A DNA stretch of 60,058 nucleotides from Patescibacteria group bacterium (GTDB lineage Bacteria; Patescibacteriota; Minisyncoccia; UBA6257; UBA9933). Positions 42,644 through 51,898 of the stretch are shown here, piece after piece. Every line of letters starts with the position of its first letter. The stretch's first letter is position 1. The notes below the pieces were generated by a model. That model ran no database searches and had not been told where the DNA came from. It saw only the letters and a list, made by a program, of their open reading frames with translations. Both the position numbers and the translations under genes were made by a program. Location of the stretch: NCBI GenBank assembly GCA_038062875.1, contig JBBTWF010000007.1:1-60058 (forward strand). Direction: 5' to 3'.

Positions 42644-43957
42644 CTATATACTAAATTCTCGTTTTAGTATTTCCATCGCTTTATCCATCTGCGGGTCTTT
42701 TTCAGCTTTTATATCCTCATCGGTTAAATCAACTTCATAATCCGGCGCCAAGCCGTTTTTTTCAATTACTTGACCCTTCGGCAACAGCCAATGAGCAACT
42801 GTGATTTTGACTATTGAACCGTCGTTTAAATTTTGAACCTCCTGAACCGTTCCTTTGCCGAAACTATGCTTGCCGATTAGTTTTATCCCGCGATTGTCGC
42901 GCAAAGCGCCGGCCAAAATCTCCGAAGCCGAAGCCGAACCTTGATTCATTAAAACCACAATCGGAGTATTTTTAAAGAAACCGTTTCCGCTGGACTTAAA
43001 TACTTGAGTGCTTTCCGTGCCGGCGCGAAATTCTTCGCTAACCACGATTTCGCCGGGCTCAAAAAACCATCCGGCGATATTAACCGCTCCGTTCAGATAA
43101 CCGCCTGGATTGTCTCTTAAGTCAAGAATAATCCCTTTAATTTCTTTATTAAGAGCGACTTCCACTGCCGCTTTATAAAAAAGAAAAGGCGCGTTTTCAT
43201 AAAAATTGTAAAGATGGATATAAGCGATATTGCCTTCCTTTGTCTCCAAGTCAAGCGTCGGGATTTGAATAACATCTCTGACAATGGGAATATCTTTTGA
43301 TTTGTCCCAGCCGTTGCGGAGAATCGTCAAAACCACCGTTTTCCCTTTTTCTCCCCTGATTAATTTAACCGCTTCTTCAACAGTTAAATTATTCGTTGTT
43401 TTATCGTCAATTTTTAAGATTTTATCGCCACTACGCAAACCGGCTTGTTCGGCCGGCGTGTCCTTTAACGGCGCGATAACCACTAATTGCTCATTGCGAA
43501 TCCCGATTTCAGCACCAATACCGCCAAATTCACCGCTGATATCTTCTCCGAATCTTTTTGCGTCGCTAGGCGGCATAAAAGTTGAATTAGGGTCGTCAAG
43601 CGCCTTAAATAATCCGGAAATCGCTCCGTAAACTAAATCCTGATTATTAGTTTTTCCGGCATCCACGTATTTTGATTTGATTATGTTCCAGGTTTTCCAA
43701 AAATTATTAAAATCAACTTTTTCTCCGATTCCCCCTTCAATATTGGAAACTCCTTGGACAAGAACCATTTCCGGCTGTTTTTTGCCGTAATTCAAACCAA
43801 AATAAAAAGCCCCGACAGTTAAAGTCGTTACAACGGTTATGGAAGCGCTGATTATAAAAATCCTGCGCCAGGAGCGAGGTTGTCTCCCTGCGGGAGATGT
43901 CCCGAAGGGACAAAGTTTGATATTTTTGAAAAATTTCATCAATGCTGTAATTTTCAT
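42644..43957 (-). CDS. S41 carboxy-terminal processing protease
   Basis: PDZ GIGAEI, LDLRDNPGG, SASASEILAGAL, FGKGTVQ; start codon uncertain. Confidence 0.92.
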   Translation of the reverse strand: MKITALMKFFKNIKLCPFGTSPAGRQPRSWRRIFIISASITVVTTLTVGAFYFGLNYGKKQPEMVLVQGVSNIEGGIGEKVDFNNFWKTWNIIKSKYVDAGKTNNQDLVYGAISGLFKALDDPNSTFMPPSDAKRFGEDISGEFGGIGAEIGIRNEQLVVIAPLKDTPAEQAGLRSGDKILKIDDKTTNNLTVEEAVKLIRGEKGKTVVLTILRNGWDKSKDIPIVRDVIQIPTLDLETKEGNIAYIHLYNFYENAPFLFYKAAVEVALNKEIKGIILDLRDNPGGYLNGAVNIAGWFFEPGEIVVSEEFRAGTESTQVFKSSGNGFFKNTPIVVLMNQGSASASEILAGALRDNRGIKLIGKHSFGKGTVQEVQNLNDGSIVKITVAHWLLPKGQVIEKNGLAPDYEVDLTDEDIKAEKDPQMDKAMEILKREFSI

Positions 43958-44037
43958 TAATTTTAATTTTACATTTATAAATATAAAATTGCAAGTAAAA
44001 TAAAAAGCATAGAAGATTTTTAAAGATACTTTATCTT

Positions 44038-44244
44038 CTATGCTTTTTTAACTTTTTTTGGAGGCACCAAAGCTATTCCATGCGGTCCTTCGCTGTCCTC
44101 ATACCATCTTAACTCCCATCCATTGTCAAATACAATCGCCGATGTAAATCTTTCTACGCAATATACCGATACTATTTTCGCGCCGAGCATTTTCTCCGCG
44201 AAAAGTTCAGAAACATAAAAATATTTCTTACTGTATCCTGCCAT
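44038..44244 (-). CDS. Orphan hypothetical protein
   Basis: GGAGGT Shine-Dalgarno, minus-strand TTGACA at 44312-44317. Confidence 0.6.
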   Translation of the reverse strand: MAGYSKKYFYVSELFAEKMLGAKIVSVYCVERFTSAIVFDNGWELRWYEDSEGPHGIALVPPKKVKKA

Positions 44245-44377
44245 AATTTTTACCTCCAGTGAAATTTTTAAGGTTCAAATTCTAAAAATAGATTAGCAAT
44301 TTCAATAAAAATGTCAACCCCACAAATAAAAAGCCGCTTATTGATATTATCTCAAAGCGGCTATTAAATATACAAAG

Positions 44378-45268
44378 TCAACAACCCTGACTTTTTTCTT
44401 TAAAATATCTTTTCGCGATTTTTATCGGCCAAGTCGGATGTTTTCGGAAAAGCGAACCGAATGAAACCGCGTCTGACCATTTCAGAGCATCTAAAACTTC
44501 TTTATACGCTTCATCAATATTCTTCTGCCAACCGATACTGGAAGAAATTATCGGCGTTTTTGTTCCCACGTCTTGTATCTTTAGCGCCATTCTTCTATTT
44601 ATTTCTTTGATGACTTTTCCTGAAACAGCGCCTGAAACATCGTATTTTTCTATTAGCGGAGATTCTTTCCCCGGGAAAACCATTTCCCATGGCACGGAAT
44701 TAAAACTTATCCATTCCGCGAATGGGGAAACCGCCAAAGCTATATCAAGATAATTTTTCTGGTGATAACCGATTTTAATTCCCACCGGCAATCTCGTTTG
44801 ACCTTTTAAAATCTCCATCGCTTTAGCGACTTCTTGTATGTCCCATTTTTTATCCACATTGGGACAGGATGAATTAAACTCAATCCCTTTAATAAAAGTA
44901 TTATTGAGTTTTAATTTCGCCAACTGAACAGAAAGATATTTTATTTCTATCAGCGAGTTTCCGCTAATAGAAATAATCACATCACGATTTATTTTTGGAA
45001 GATACTTATCTTTCCAAATATTAAAACCTGGATTGTCCAGCCCGACTGCGTTTACAACATAATTATCGCCATCGTAAATCGCTTTTAAATCCCCTTTTTG
45101 CGCTGATAGAGTCAAGGTTTTTATAACCGGAACTATAAGATTAAGATGTTTTTTTGAAATCATCCGTAAAAACCAATATTTTGGATGTGGCCATCCTCGT
45201 CCATCAAATCCGAGTGAACCGCTTGCCGCCAAAAACGTAAACTCAAATCCGTTGCTTAATTTTATCAT
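44378..45268 (-). CDS. Divergent dihydroorotate dehydrogenase-like flavoprotein
   Basis: AASG, KTLT, NAVGLDNPG, EFNSSCPN, GAVSG. Confidence 0.75.
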   Translation of the reverse strand: MIKLSNGFEFTFLAASGSLGFDGRGWPHPKYWFLRMISKKHLNLIVPVIKTLTLSAQKGDLKAIYDGDNYVVNAVGLDNPGFNIWKDKYLPKINRDVIISISGNSLIEIKYLSVQLAKLKLNNTFIKGIEFNSSCPNVDKKWDIQEVAKAMEILKGQTRLPVGIKIGYHQKNYLDIALAVSPFAEWISFNSVPWEMVFPGKESPLIEKYDVSGAVSGKVIKEINRRMALKIQDVGTKTPIISSSIGWQKNIDEAYKEVLDALKWSDAVSFGSLFRKHPTWPIKIAKRYFKEKSQGC

Positions 45269-45416
45269 AGCCGTTCTCTCCTTTTTTAATTGTTTTCATT
45301 TTAAGGTGCGTTTATATAAAAGATAATAAAATAAACAAAACAAATAGTCAATAAAAAAACTCCTCATATTGTTTATGGATATTTTAGGGTATAATTTAAA
45401 AATAATCTAATTGATT

Positions 45417-45686
45417 ATGTTAAATAACGACTACCTGAAAACAATTAAAGAGCGAGGTAAAACAAGCCATGTTTATAAAAAATTTCAGCTAACCGGCTTG
45501 CTTATCGCCCAATTGTTAAACGATGAAAAACACAAGTCGCTTTATATTAAGCTGGCGAAAAAGCATAACAACGAACACTTATTAAGCATCGCAAAAGACG
45601 TTTCCGAAAGAAAAAAAATAGAAAACAAAGGAGGATATTTTATGAGAGTATTACAAAAAACACACCCGAATATTTTAAAAAAATAA
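45417..45686 (+). CDS. Hypothetical protein
   Basis: LNDEKHKSLYIKLAK...GYFM; TATAAT upstream; terminator GCGGAAGGT...ACCTTCCGC downstream. Confidence 0.7.
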   Translation: MLNNDYLKTIKERGKTSHVYKKFQLTGLLIAQLLNDEKHKSLYIKLAKKHNNEHLLSIAKDVSERKKIENKGGYFMRVLQKTHPNILKK

Positions 45687-45736
45687 AAAAGCGGAAGGTT
45701 GAGCGACCTTCCGCAAAGTTTATTGCGATTATTCAT

Positions 45737-45931
45737 CTATTCATCGACTATGTCATCATGCAAGATGTCATCATATTCATCTACGATGGGACCGATCATC
45801 TTTGAATGATACAATTTTCTACTTCCTTCTTTCTCTTGTACTTTTTGATCGCTCGCTTTACGTGAGTTTCCACGAACTGCAACCAATCTACGTATCCTGC
45901 CACTAACTATATTATCGCCATCAGTGCTCAT
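45737..45931 (-). CDS. Orphan small hypothetical protein
   Basis: AGGAGGTG Shine-Dalgarno 6 nt before ATG 45931. Confidence 0.5.
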   Translation of the reverse strand: MSTDGDNIVSGRIRRLVAVRGNSRKASDQKVQEKEGSRKLYHSKMIGPIVDEYDDILHDDIVDE

Positions 45932-46027
45932 GCTTAGCACCTCCTTTCTTTTATTTTTTTATATTAGCCCAATTCTAATTTTTTATTTTAAGTTTTAAAA
46001 GGACAAAAACAAATTTATTTCAACGCA

Positions 46028-46291
46028 TTATATCGCCTCGTATATTTTTCCAAGATTGACGCTTTCTCCGATATAAACTTTCGCCAATTCGTCGCGCAGA
46101 ACCAATAAAAGCAATGGATTCTCCCGCCATTTTTCGTCATTCAGCGAAATGCCAACCAAGTCAATCGCCCGCTCAAGCATTTGGGAAAACGCGGTTTTAT
46201 CTTTTATTGAATTGGCGCGCAAAATTTCAGAAGCAATATGCCCTAATTGGTCACGTTTTGAAAATGTTTTCCAACGTTCAAGCGTTATCAT
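46028..46291 (-). CDS. Hypothetical protein
   Basis: ATGA-coupled to the upstream gene. Confidence 0.7.
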   Translation of the reverse strand: MITLERWKTFSKRDQLGHIASEILRANSIKDKTAFSQMLERAIDLVGISLNDEKWRENPLLLLVLRDELAKVYIGESVNLGKIYEAI

Positions 46292-46587
46292 AAATACTTT
46301 TTGACAATTTCCTCTATTTTTTCCCTGATTGCCTGATTTTGAATATCCATTGAACGATTGCCAACCACAGGCCGTATATTGATTAGAGAAATAAAATCCA
46401 ATTTAGCGTCCGGATAAATATTAAAACCCCACAAGTCATCGCTGTTTGAACCGTTTTTTATTAATTCTTCGGCGCAATCAATGTGAAGCTCGCAATCAAT
46501 GGAAACAACTCCCTTTTCTATGTCTGCCACTGCTTTAATAAACGGCTCTTTTAATATTTCTTTGTTAATTTTATCTTTAATAATCAT
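46288..46587 (-). CDS. DUF5674-like protein
   Basis: KAVAD...ELHIDC...LWGFN...SLINIRP..GNRS pattern recalled from DUF5674. Confidence 0.65.
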   Translation of the reverse strand: MIIKDKINKEILKEPFIKAVADIEKGVVSIDCELHIDCAEELIKNGSNSDDLWGFNIYPDAKLDFISLINIRPVVGNRSMDIQNQAIREKIEEIVKKYL

Positions 46588-46688
46588 TTTTTATATTATA
46601 ACAAATAAATAGATAAAAGAAAGCCTGTCTGCCGTAGGCAGACGCGGCGTAGCTTGAGTTTCAAAAAAACAAACTTACCTTATTAAAA

Positions 46689-47264
46689 GAGCCCTTTTAG
46701 AATTTTTTGTCCCTGGCCTTGACATTTTACCATTTTGGTTATAAAATACGATGTTGGCTTATTATACTGAAAACACTCAAAAGGAGGATATCATGGAAAA
46801 GGAAAAGGCCAAAAATCAGAGCTTTAAAAACTGGGAAGGTTACTGGACATCTGTCGGTATCATGTTGGGTTGCATTGAATTCCTGATCCGTAATACGCGA
46901 GAGAAAAAGATCTCATGGACTACGGATGGTTTTGTCGGCGATCTGAATGGAGCCATAACATTCAGAGGCACACTTCCAGGCGGTGGCCATGCAGTCATCG
47001 AGCAAACTATCGTTTGCACGCATTTCTGGAATTCAATCAATATTTATGATTCTTCCGGAGAAATTGAAAGCATGTGCATGCCGGATTGGGAGCATGGCAA
47101 GGATTTTTGGCTCCTCATTAGCATGGCCAGACAACAGGTTCTTGACCAACAACTCAGAGAGGCTTGCAAAAAACAATTAGCCAAAATGAGTTAAGCCAAC
47201 TCAAGCGCACCTTGGAAAATCCAAGCTCTGCGCTTTTTCTTTTTAAAAAATTTCAAAAGGGCTC
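46689..47264. mobile_element. Inverted-repeat-bounded single-gene unit
   Basis: GAGCCCTTTTAGAATTTTTT (46689-46708) versus reverse complement of 47245-47264, 18/20 match; encloses promoter, ORF and terminator. Confidence 0.5.
46793..47194 (+). CDS. Orphan hypothetical protein
   Basis: AAGGAGG Shine-Dalgarno before ATG 46793; TTGACA at 46719. Confidence 0.7.
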   Translation: MEKEKAKNQSFKNWEGYWTSVGIMLGCIEFLIRNTREKKISWTTDGFVGDLNGAITFRGTLPGGGHAVIEQTIVCTHFWNSINIYDSSGEIESMCMPDWEHGKDFWLLISMARQQVLDQQLREACKKQLAKMS

Positions 47265-47294
47265 AAATATATAAAGTTTTGTTTTTGCTATTTC

Positions 47295-47422
47295 CGATAA
47301 TGTATCCGAGTATGCGAAGTTTTCGCGACTAAAAGGAGCAAAAATTTTGGCGAAGATAAAATTCAACTCATTAATGTAATGTAAAAATGAATTTTATCGT
47401 AGCCGTATATTCGGTGTTAGGC
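47295..47422 (-). repeat. attC-like site (distal; R' degenerate, ATTATCG)
   Basis: Minus-strand R'' GCCTAAC just after the cassette stop; imperfect palindrome sharing the CGAAGTT...AATTT-GG core with the other sites. Confidence 0.7.
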
Positions 47423-47440
47423 GTTGTAAGGATCGGCGAT

Positions 47441-47788
47441 TTATGCTTTTTTAAACTTTGTATTATATATACTAACAAGTAAGTATGCAACAATAATGTT
47501 AAAATAAAAAGTGTTAAAGTCAATGCTCTCACATGAATTTTTATCGGAAATTAATGCTGGTATAGGATATAGTAAATCTAGAATATAATCCAAAAAGTTA
47601 GAGCACGCCCCTGATGGGTTTAAGATTTTTACTATTGGAACATGGACAGAATATGATCCAGGGCACCCTCCAATGGCATCGCAAAAAGGACTCCCATAGT
47701 TTATCCAAAATACTGGTAAAACCAGAAGCAGTAATAAAGTTAAGTATATTTTTGATTTATTCGGTTTAAAAAATTCTTTCCAATTCAT
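47441..47788 (-). CDS. Cassette 5: small membrane protein
   Basis: Two transmembrane helices with a Cys-containing loop; lies between attC-like sites. Confidence 0.75.
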   Translation of the reverse strand: MNWKEFFKPNKSKIYLTLLLLLVLPVFWINYGSPFCDAIGGCPGSYSVHVPIVKILNPSGACSNFLDYILDLLYPIPALISDKNSCESIDFNTFYFNIIVAYLLVSIYNTKFKKA

Positions 47789-47848
47789 AAACTTAATAAT
47801 TTATTAACTAAATATAACTTCTCTACTTATTAAGCCGAGCCTTATTTC

Positions 47849-47948
47849 GCCTAACGTTAGGGATATACGAAGTTTTTCTGGAACGAAGTGGAAGAAAAAT
47901 TTGGGTGAAGCCCGAGCCGAGGGCTGAACCGTATATCCCTTGTTATAC
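47849..47948 (-). repeat. attC-like site
   Basis: GCCTAAC-gtt-AGGGATATACG...CGTATATCCCT-t-GTTATAC. Confidence 0.85.
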
Positions 47949-48046
47949 GCCCCGACGACTGAAAGGAGGAGAGCGCAGCGTGGTTCGAGCGATAGCGAGA
48001 AAGTCCGCCTCCGCCCGCCGATTATTTTAATTTTATAAACTCTTTA

Positions 48047-48895
48047 CTATTTGTTCAATAATTTCTTTTGTTCTTCTTGAAAATAATTACAATTACCGCC
48101 TGGACGATATTCTTGTGTTTTGCTTAATTTTACAGCTCCCAAGCAATTGTCCTTTAAAGATAAATTAAATTCATCAATAATTTTTCCACAGAGATTTTCA
48201 TCGCAAAGCTGACTCGCAGCCGAAGAGTAGCATTCGTTTTTAGCAGTTTGACCGATAATTTTTTCACAAATATTTGGATTTTTCCATGTATCTAAATGTG
48301 CATAGCACCAATCTCTATTTTCCTGCTCACCCAATTGGTCGCAATAATTTGAATTTAGTGCTCCTGCAGTTGATTGAGATTTTCTTACTGCAACCAGACC
48401 TAAACATTTGCTCGCTTCATCATTGTCTAGGATTTTATTACAAATCTGTGGGTCAACATTATATTCTGCTAAATTATAGTAGCAGGAATCAGCTGTTTCT
48501 GAATTAACAACTTTTTCACAAAGAAGATGTTTGGAATAACACATATCCTTTAGGCGAGCATCGCCTTTTGTTTCTAAATTACATTCATATGTCGTAGTAA
48601 AACTGAAAGCATAAAAACTTATAGAAACAGTTAGAATTAATATTAAAAATATCCAAAATATATTTGAAGAGCTTTGGACAGAAACACTTTCCTTTTTAAA
48701 GACTAAAGTTATCCAACCTATTGTTCCACCCAATATTGTGGAAAAGGTCATTATTAGCGTTTTAAGTATATATGAATCAAAAGCAAGAAAAAATCTAAAA
48801 ATGCGAAGAATGTCATAGTACAAAAAAGTGCTCAAAAACACTCCGAGGGCAAAGCCGATGACAGAACCTAAAAGGATTGTTTTAAATTTGTTCAT
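48047..48895 (-). CDS. Cassette 4: membrane protein with Cys-rich helical repeats
   Basis: Three transmembrane helices, then repeated C..I......D.CY units. Confidence 0.8.
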   Translation of the reverse strand: MNKFKTILLGSVIGFALGVFLSTFLYYDILRIFRFFLAFDSYILKTLIMTFSTILGGTIGWITLVFKKESVSVQSSSNIFWIFLILILTVSISFYAFSFTTTYECNLETKGDARLKDMCYSKHLLCEKVVNSETADSCYYNLAEYNVDPQICNKILDNDEASKCLGLVAVRKSQSTAGALNSNYCDQLGEQENRDWCYAHLDTWKNPNICEKIIGQTAKNECYSSAASQLCDENLCGKIIDEFNLSLKDNCLGAVKLSKTQEYRPGGNCNYFQEEQKKLLNK

Positions 48896-48957
48896 AAATC
48901 TGATTAATTATTAAAGTTTATAAAATTTTCTTTTTAAGGCGAGCGGAGGCGGATTGC

Positions 48958-48977
48958 GTTTAACTCGTTATTAAGTG
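48958..48977 (-). repeat. Truncated att site (attI-like fragment replacing attC)
   Basis: TAACTCGTTATTA is identical to the attI-like core at 52174-52186. Confidence 0.7.
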
Positions 48978-49058
48978 ACCCGAACGAAGCGTAGCGGAGT
49001 GAGAGCGCAGCGTGGCAAGGATTTTTTGAAGAAAAATCCGCAGAGTTCCGAACGCCGC

Positions 49059-49619
49059 CTATTTCATAGGTTGTATTTTCAGAATTGCACTATCAATTAT
49101 CTTTTGTGGTATCTCTGGTATAATTTTATTGGTCACATAATATTCTGATGATTGATCTGGTTTTTCATAATAATCTAACCCCCAAAAATAATTGCCATAT
49201 TGGACTATATGACTAAATTTTAATTTTTCATCTTCTGTTTTATATACACTAACTAATACATTTTTGTCAGATATTTGAGTTTCAAAAAAATTTATATTTG
49301 TTTTTGACCAAGCTTTTTTTAGGTCGTCATAACCCGTTTTCTTATATCCCTGTATATCCGTAGGAGTAGTATCTTGAATATTTAGATATGTAATTCGTAT
49401 AACCTCTTCACCTTCGTTATTTGTTCCTTGAAGGAAATTATTTGGCATCTTCTGAATGGAATAATCCTTCGGGTACTGAAATGCAATTACATTATCTTCA
49501 TATTGCTTCCATGTCTCTTTTGATTCTCGGTTTTGGGTATAGTTTATTAGGACAATTCCAATTAACAATATGCAAAATAGGAAGATTATTATAAATTTTT
49601 TTGAAATTAAGGTTCCCAT
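49059..49619 (-). CDS. Cassette 3: membrane-anchored PsbP-like protein
   Basis: N-terminal transmembrane helix, WKQY......FQYP.D motif. Confidence 0.7.
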   Translation of the reverse strand: MGTLISKKFIIIFLFCILLIGIVLINYTQNRESKETWKQYEDNVIAFQYPKDYSIQKMPNNFLQGTNNEGEEVIRITYLNIQDTTPTDIQGYKKTGYDDLKKAWSKTNINFFETQISDKNVLVSVYKTEDEKLKFSHIVQYGNYFWGLDYYEKPDQSSEYYVTNKIIPEIPQKIIDSAILKIQPMK

Positions 49620-49681
49620 ATATTTGATTTGTTAATAGTAATATATAAACTTTACTTTTTAAAGGCGGGGTTTGGAATTTC

Positions 49682-49810
49682 ACTTAACGTTAGGCATATC
49701 CGAAGTTTTTGCGTAATGAAATGAAGCAAAAATTTGGGTGAAAGAATTTTTTACTCCTTATCGAAATATATTTGATGAAAAATTCTTGAACCGGATATGC
49801 CTTGTTATGT
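49682..49810 (-). repeat. attC-like site
   Basis: ACTTAAC-gtt-AGGCATATCCG...CGGATATGCCT-t-GTTATGT. Confidence 0.85.
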
Positions 49811-49994
49811 GATGTAAATTTTTTTCTTTTTTTATTTTTTTCAATTTGCTTTTATTCTAAAATAATAAATAAGTTTTTCGTTTTTGATTTTGGGCAGAGG
49901 GGTTAAGGGTGAATGCCCAAAATCAAAAACTCCTTATTATTTCTAAACTGCAAATTCTTTTTGTTCTTCGGCAATTTCACGGATTATTTAAGTT

Positions 49995-50261
49995 TTACGT
50001 AACAATTTCCATAGAAAGCACGGAACTTAAAAAATAATATACATAACACAAGATTGAAAGCAATAAATATAAAAAAAGAATTTTTTTGCTTTTAACATAA
50101 TGACGAATTACAAAAAACAAAACAATTATTACTATTAAAGGGATAAAAGTAAAGAGTATCCCATGATAATTTACAGATTGTAGACGTTCATTCCAGAAAT
50201 TTCTTTGAATTAAATCAGTAAAAGAGTTCGGAGGATAATTAGTATCGTATGGACTTGTCAT
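49995..50261 (-). CDS. Cassette 2, second ORF: small two-helix membrane protein
   Basis: Hydrophobic C-terminal half. Confidence 0.6.
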   Translation of the reverse strand: MTSPYDTNYPPNSFTDLIQRNFWNERLQSVNYHGILFTFIPLIVIIVLFFVIRHYVKSKKILFLYLLLSILCYVYYFLSSVLSMEIVT

Positions 50262-50311
50262 GTGTTTAATTTAAACAATGATTTTTTAAAATAAAAAAGA
50301 TTGAAATCATT

Positions 50312-51751
50312 TTATTTATTTATACAATCGTCGGGACAGCTATCTTTATTTTCACCTTGATACTTATTGCATATATTATCTCCGCAAACTTCATTAATTC
50401 TTCCCATTAAGTAAATTTTATGCGAGTCGCCAACATCGCAGTTATATGTAGCCCCATAATGTATATTAACTGGATATTCTCCAAAATATTCTTTTTCACA
50501 GCTTTTGCAGTCATCAGGGCAAGAGCCTGTTTCAAATTCTTTATCACCGCATATGGTATTTCCGCACTCTTCATTAAGAATTAAATCATTCGGAATAATA
50601 TAATTCTCCATTATCCAGCTAACGCTTTTTCTTTTTAATCCTTTGGGGTCTTTTTCAAAATAGTAATCCCATACTTTTTTTGCTGTTTCAAATCGGTCAG
50701 CTGCATAATCTTCAAGATGCGCAATAAAACCGCAAACCTCATCAGATGATGCTTTGTCACATTCTTCCACATTTATTTTCCAATCATCATTTAAATAACC
50801 AGAACGGACATTAATTCTGTATATTTTATGATTATTAAAAGTGTCAACTGCAACTTTTGAAGTTCTACCGTCAGCCCATGGATCAACCTTAAGGGAATCA
50901 AGTTCATATATATGTCCTGTTGGCATTTCACTTTTAAGCGCCATTACTCCGGATTTTACTGTGTGCGGATAGGCGAGTTTATTAAATCTCACATACGCTT
51001 CATCAAATGTTCCTAAATAAGGGTCTGTTTGATTTAGATAAAAAGGAAATCTATTTCCAAAAAATTTTTTATACACTTCAATTGCTATTTCTTCAGGAAG
51101 ATTAGAATAACCATCCCATCCCGCATGATTAGCGCTGTGGTGTTCTATTGCTATTTCATGTCCATTTTCTTGCCATTCTCTGACTTTGTTAGTTTTAATT
51201 GGATCTGCCAAAATCATATCAATCCACTGGATATGAAATCCTAATGTAAGTTTTGTGTTGTAAGAGTCAGCAAGATTAATTAATTTTTCAAGTACACCAA
51301 ACATTCCATTATTTGCCGATTCTGGATGTATATGAAGGTTAAAGAAAAGATAAGGGGTGCCTGACAATTCTTCTTTGCATTCTCCAGAATAATCTTGTGA
51401 AGTTTTTGCACTCTGCCTCAAACAATCATTATTATAAGTTTTTCCATCACAGCCACAAACAGGCTTAGAATCTAAAGGGCAATCTGTTGGAGCTATTATG
51501 CATTTACCTTCTGCATCACCACACGATTTGAAATTACAATAGCTATTAGTTTTACAATCTTTATCAGATTTGCAGGATCTTAGTAATAAATTTTGGAAAA
51601 AATTATCTTTTTTTCCTGAGGCAGCTGATTGTTGATATGTGTCAAGCCGTAAGGATATTGAACCTGACCAAATAAAAGTCGCGGATATTCCCAAAATAAA
51701 AGCTGTGATGAAAATAACGTACCATTTATTGTTTTTGATTTTGTTTATCAT
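50312..51751 (-). CDS. Cassette 2: membrane-anchored protein with Kazal-like domain and polysaccharide-deacetylase-like domain
   Basis: PVCGCDGKTYNNDC (Kazal-like); WQENGHEIAIEHH; C-terminal CG...C...E...CP.DC repeats. Confidence 0.75.
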   Translation of the reverse strand: MINKIKNNKWYVIFITAFILGISATFIWSGSISLRLDTYQQSAASGKKDNFFQNLLLRSCKSDKDCKTNSYCNFKSCGDAEGKCIIAPTDCPLDSKPVCGCDGKTYNNDCLRQSAKTSQDYSGECKEELSGTPYLFFNLHIHPESANNGMFGVLEKLINLADSYNTKLTLGFHIQWIDMILADPIKTNKVREWQENGHEIAIEHHSANHAGWDGYSNLPEEIAIEVYKKFFGNRFPFYLNQTDPYLGTFDEAYVRFNKLAYPHTVKSGVMALKSEMPTGHIYELDSLKVDPWADGRTSKVAVDTFNNHKIYRINVRSGYLNDDWKINVEECDKASSDEVCGFIAHLEDYAADRFETAKKVWDYYFEKDPKGLKRKSVSWIMENYIIPNDLILNEECGNTICGDKEFETGSCPDDCKSCEKEYFGEYPVNIHYGATYNCDVGDSHKIYLMGRINEVCGDNICNKYQGENKDSCPDDCINK

Positions 51752-51802
51752 AGGTTTTTGTTATGTAAATTTAAAAAATAAAATTAATAAAAAAGTTATT
51801 TC

Positions 51803-51880
51803 ACATAACGTTTCGGCATCATCCGAAGTTGCGTAGCAATTTGGGTGGAGCGAAGCGGAACTGGATATGCCGTGTTATCG
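51803..51880 (-). repeat. attC-like site (proximal)
   Basis: ACATAAC-gttt-CGGCATcATCC...GGATATGCCG-t-GTTATCG. Confidence 0.85.
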
Positions 51881-51898
51881 GATGTAAAAATTTGAAAT

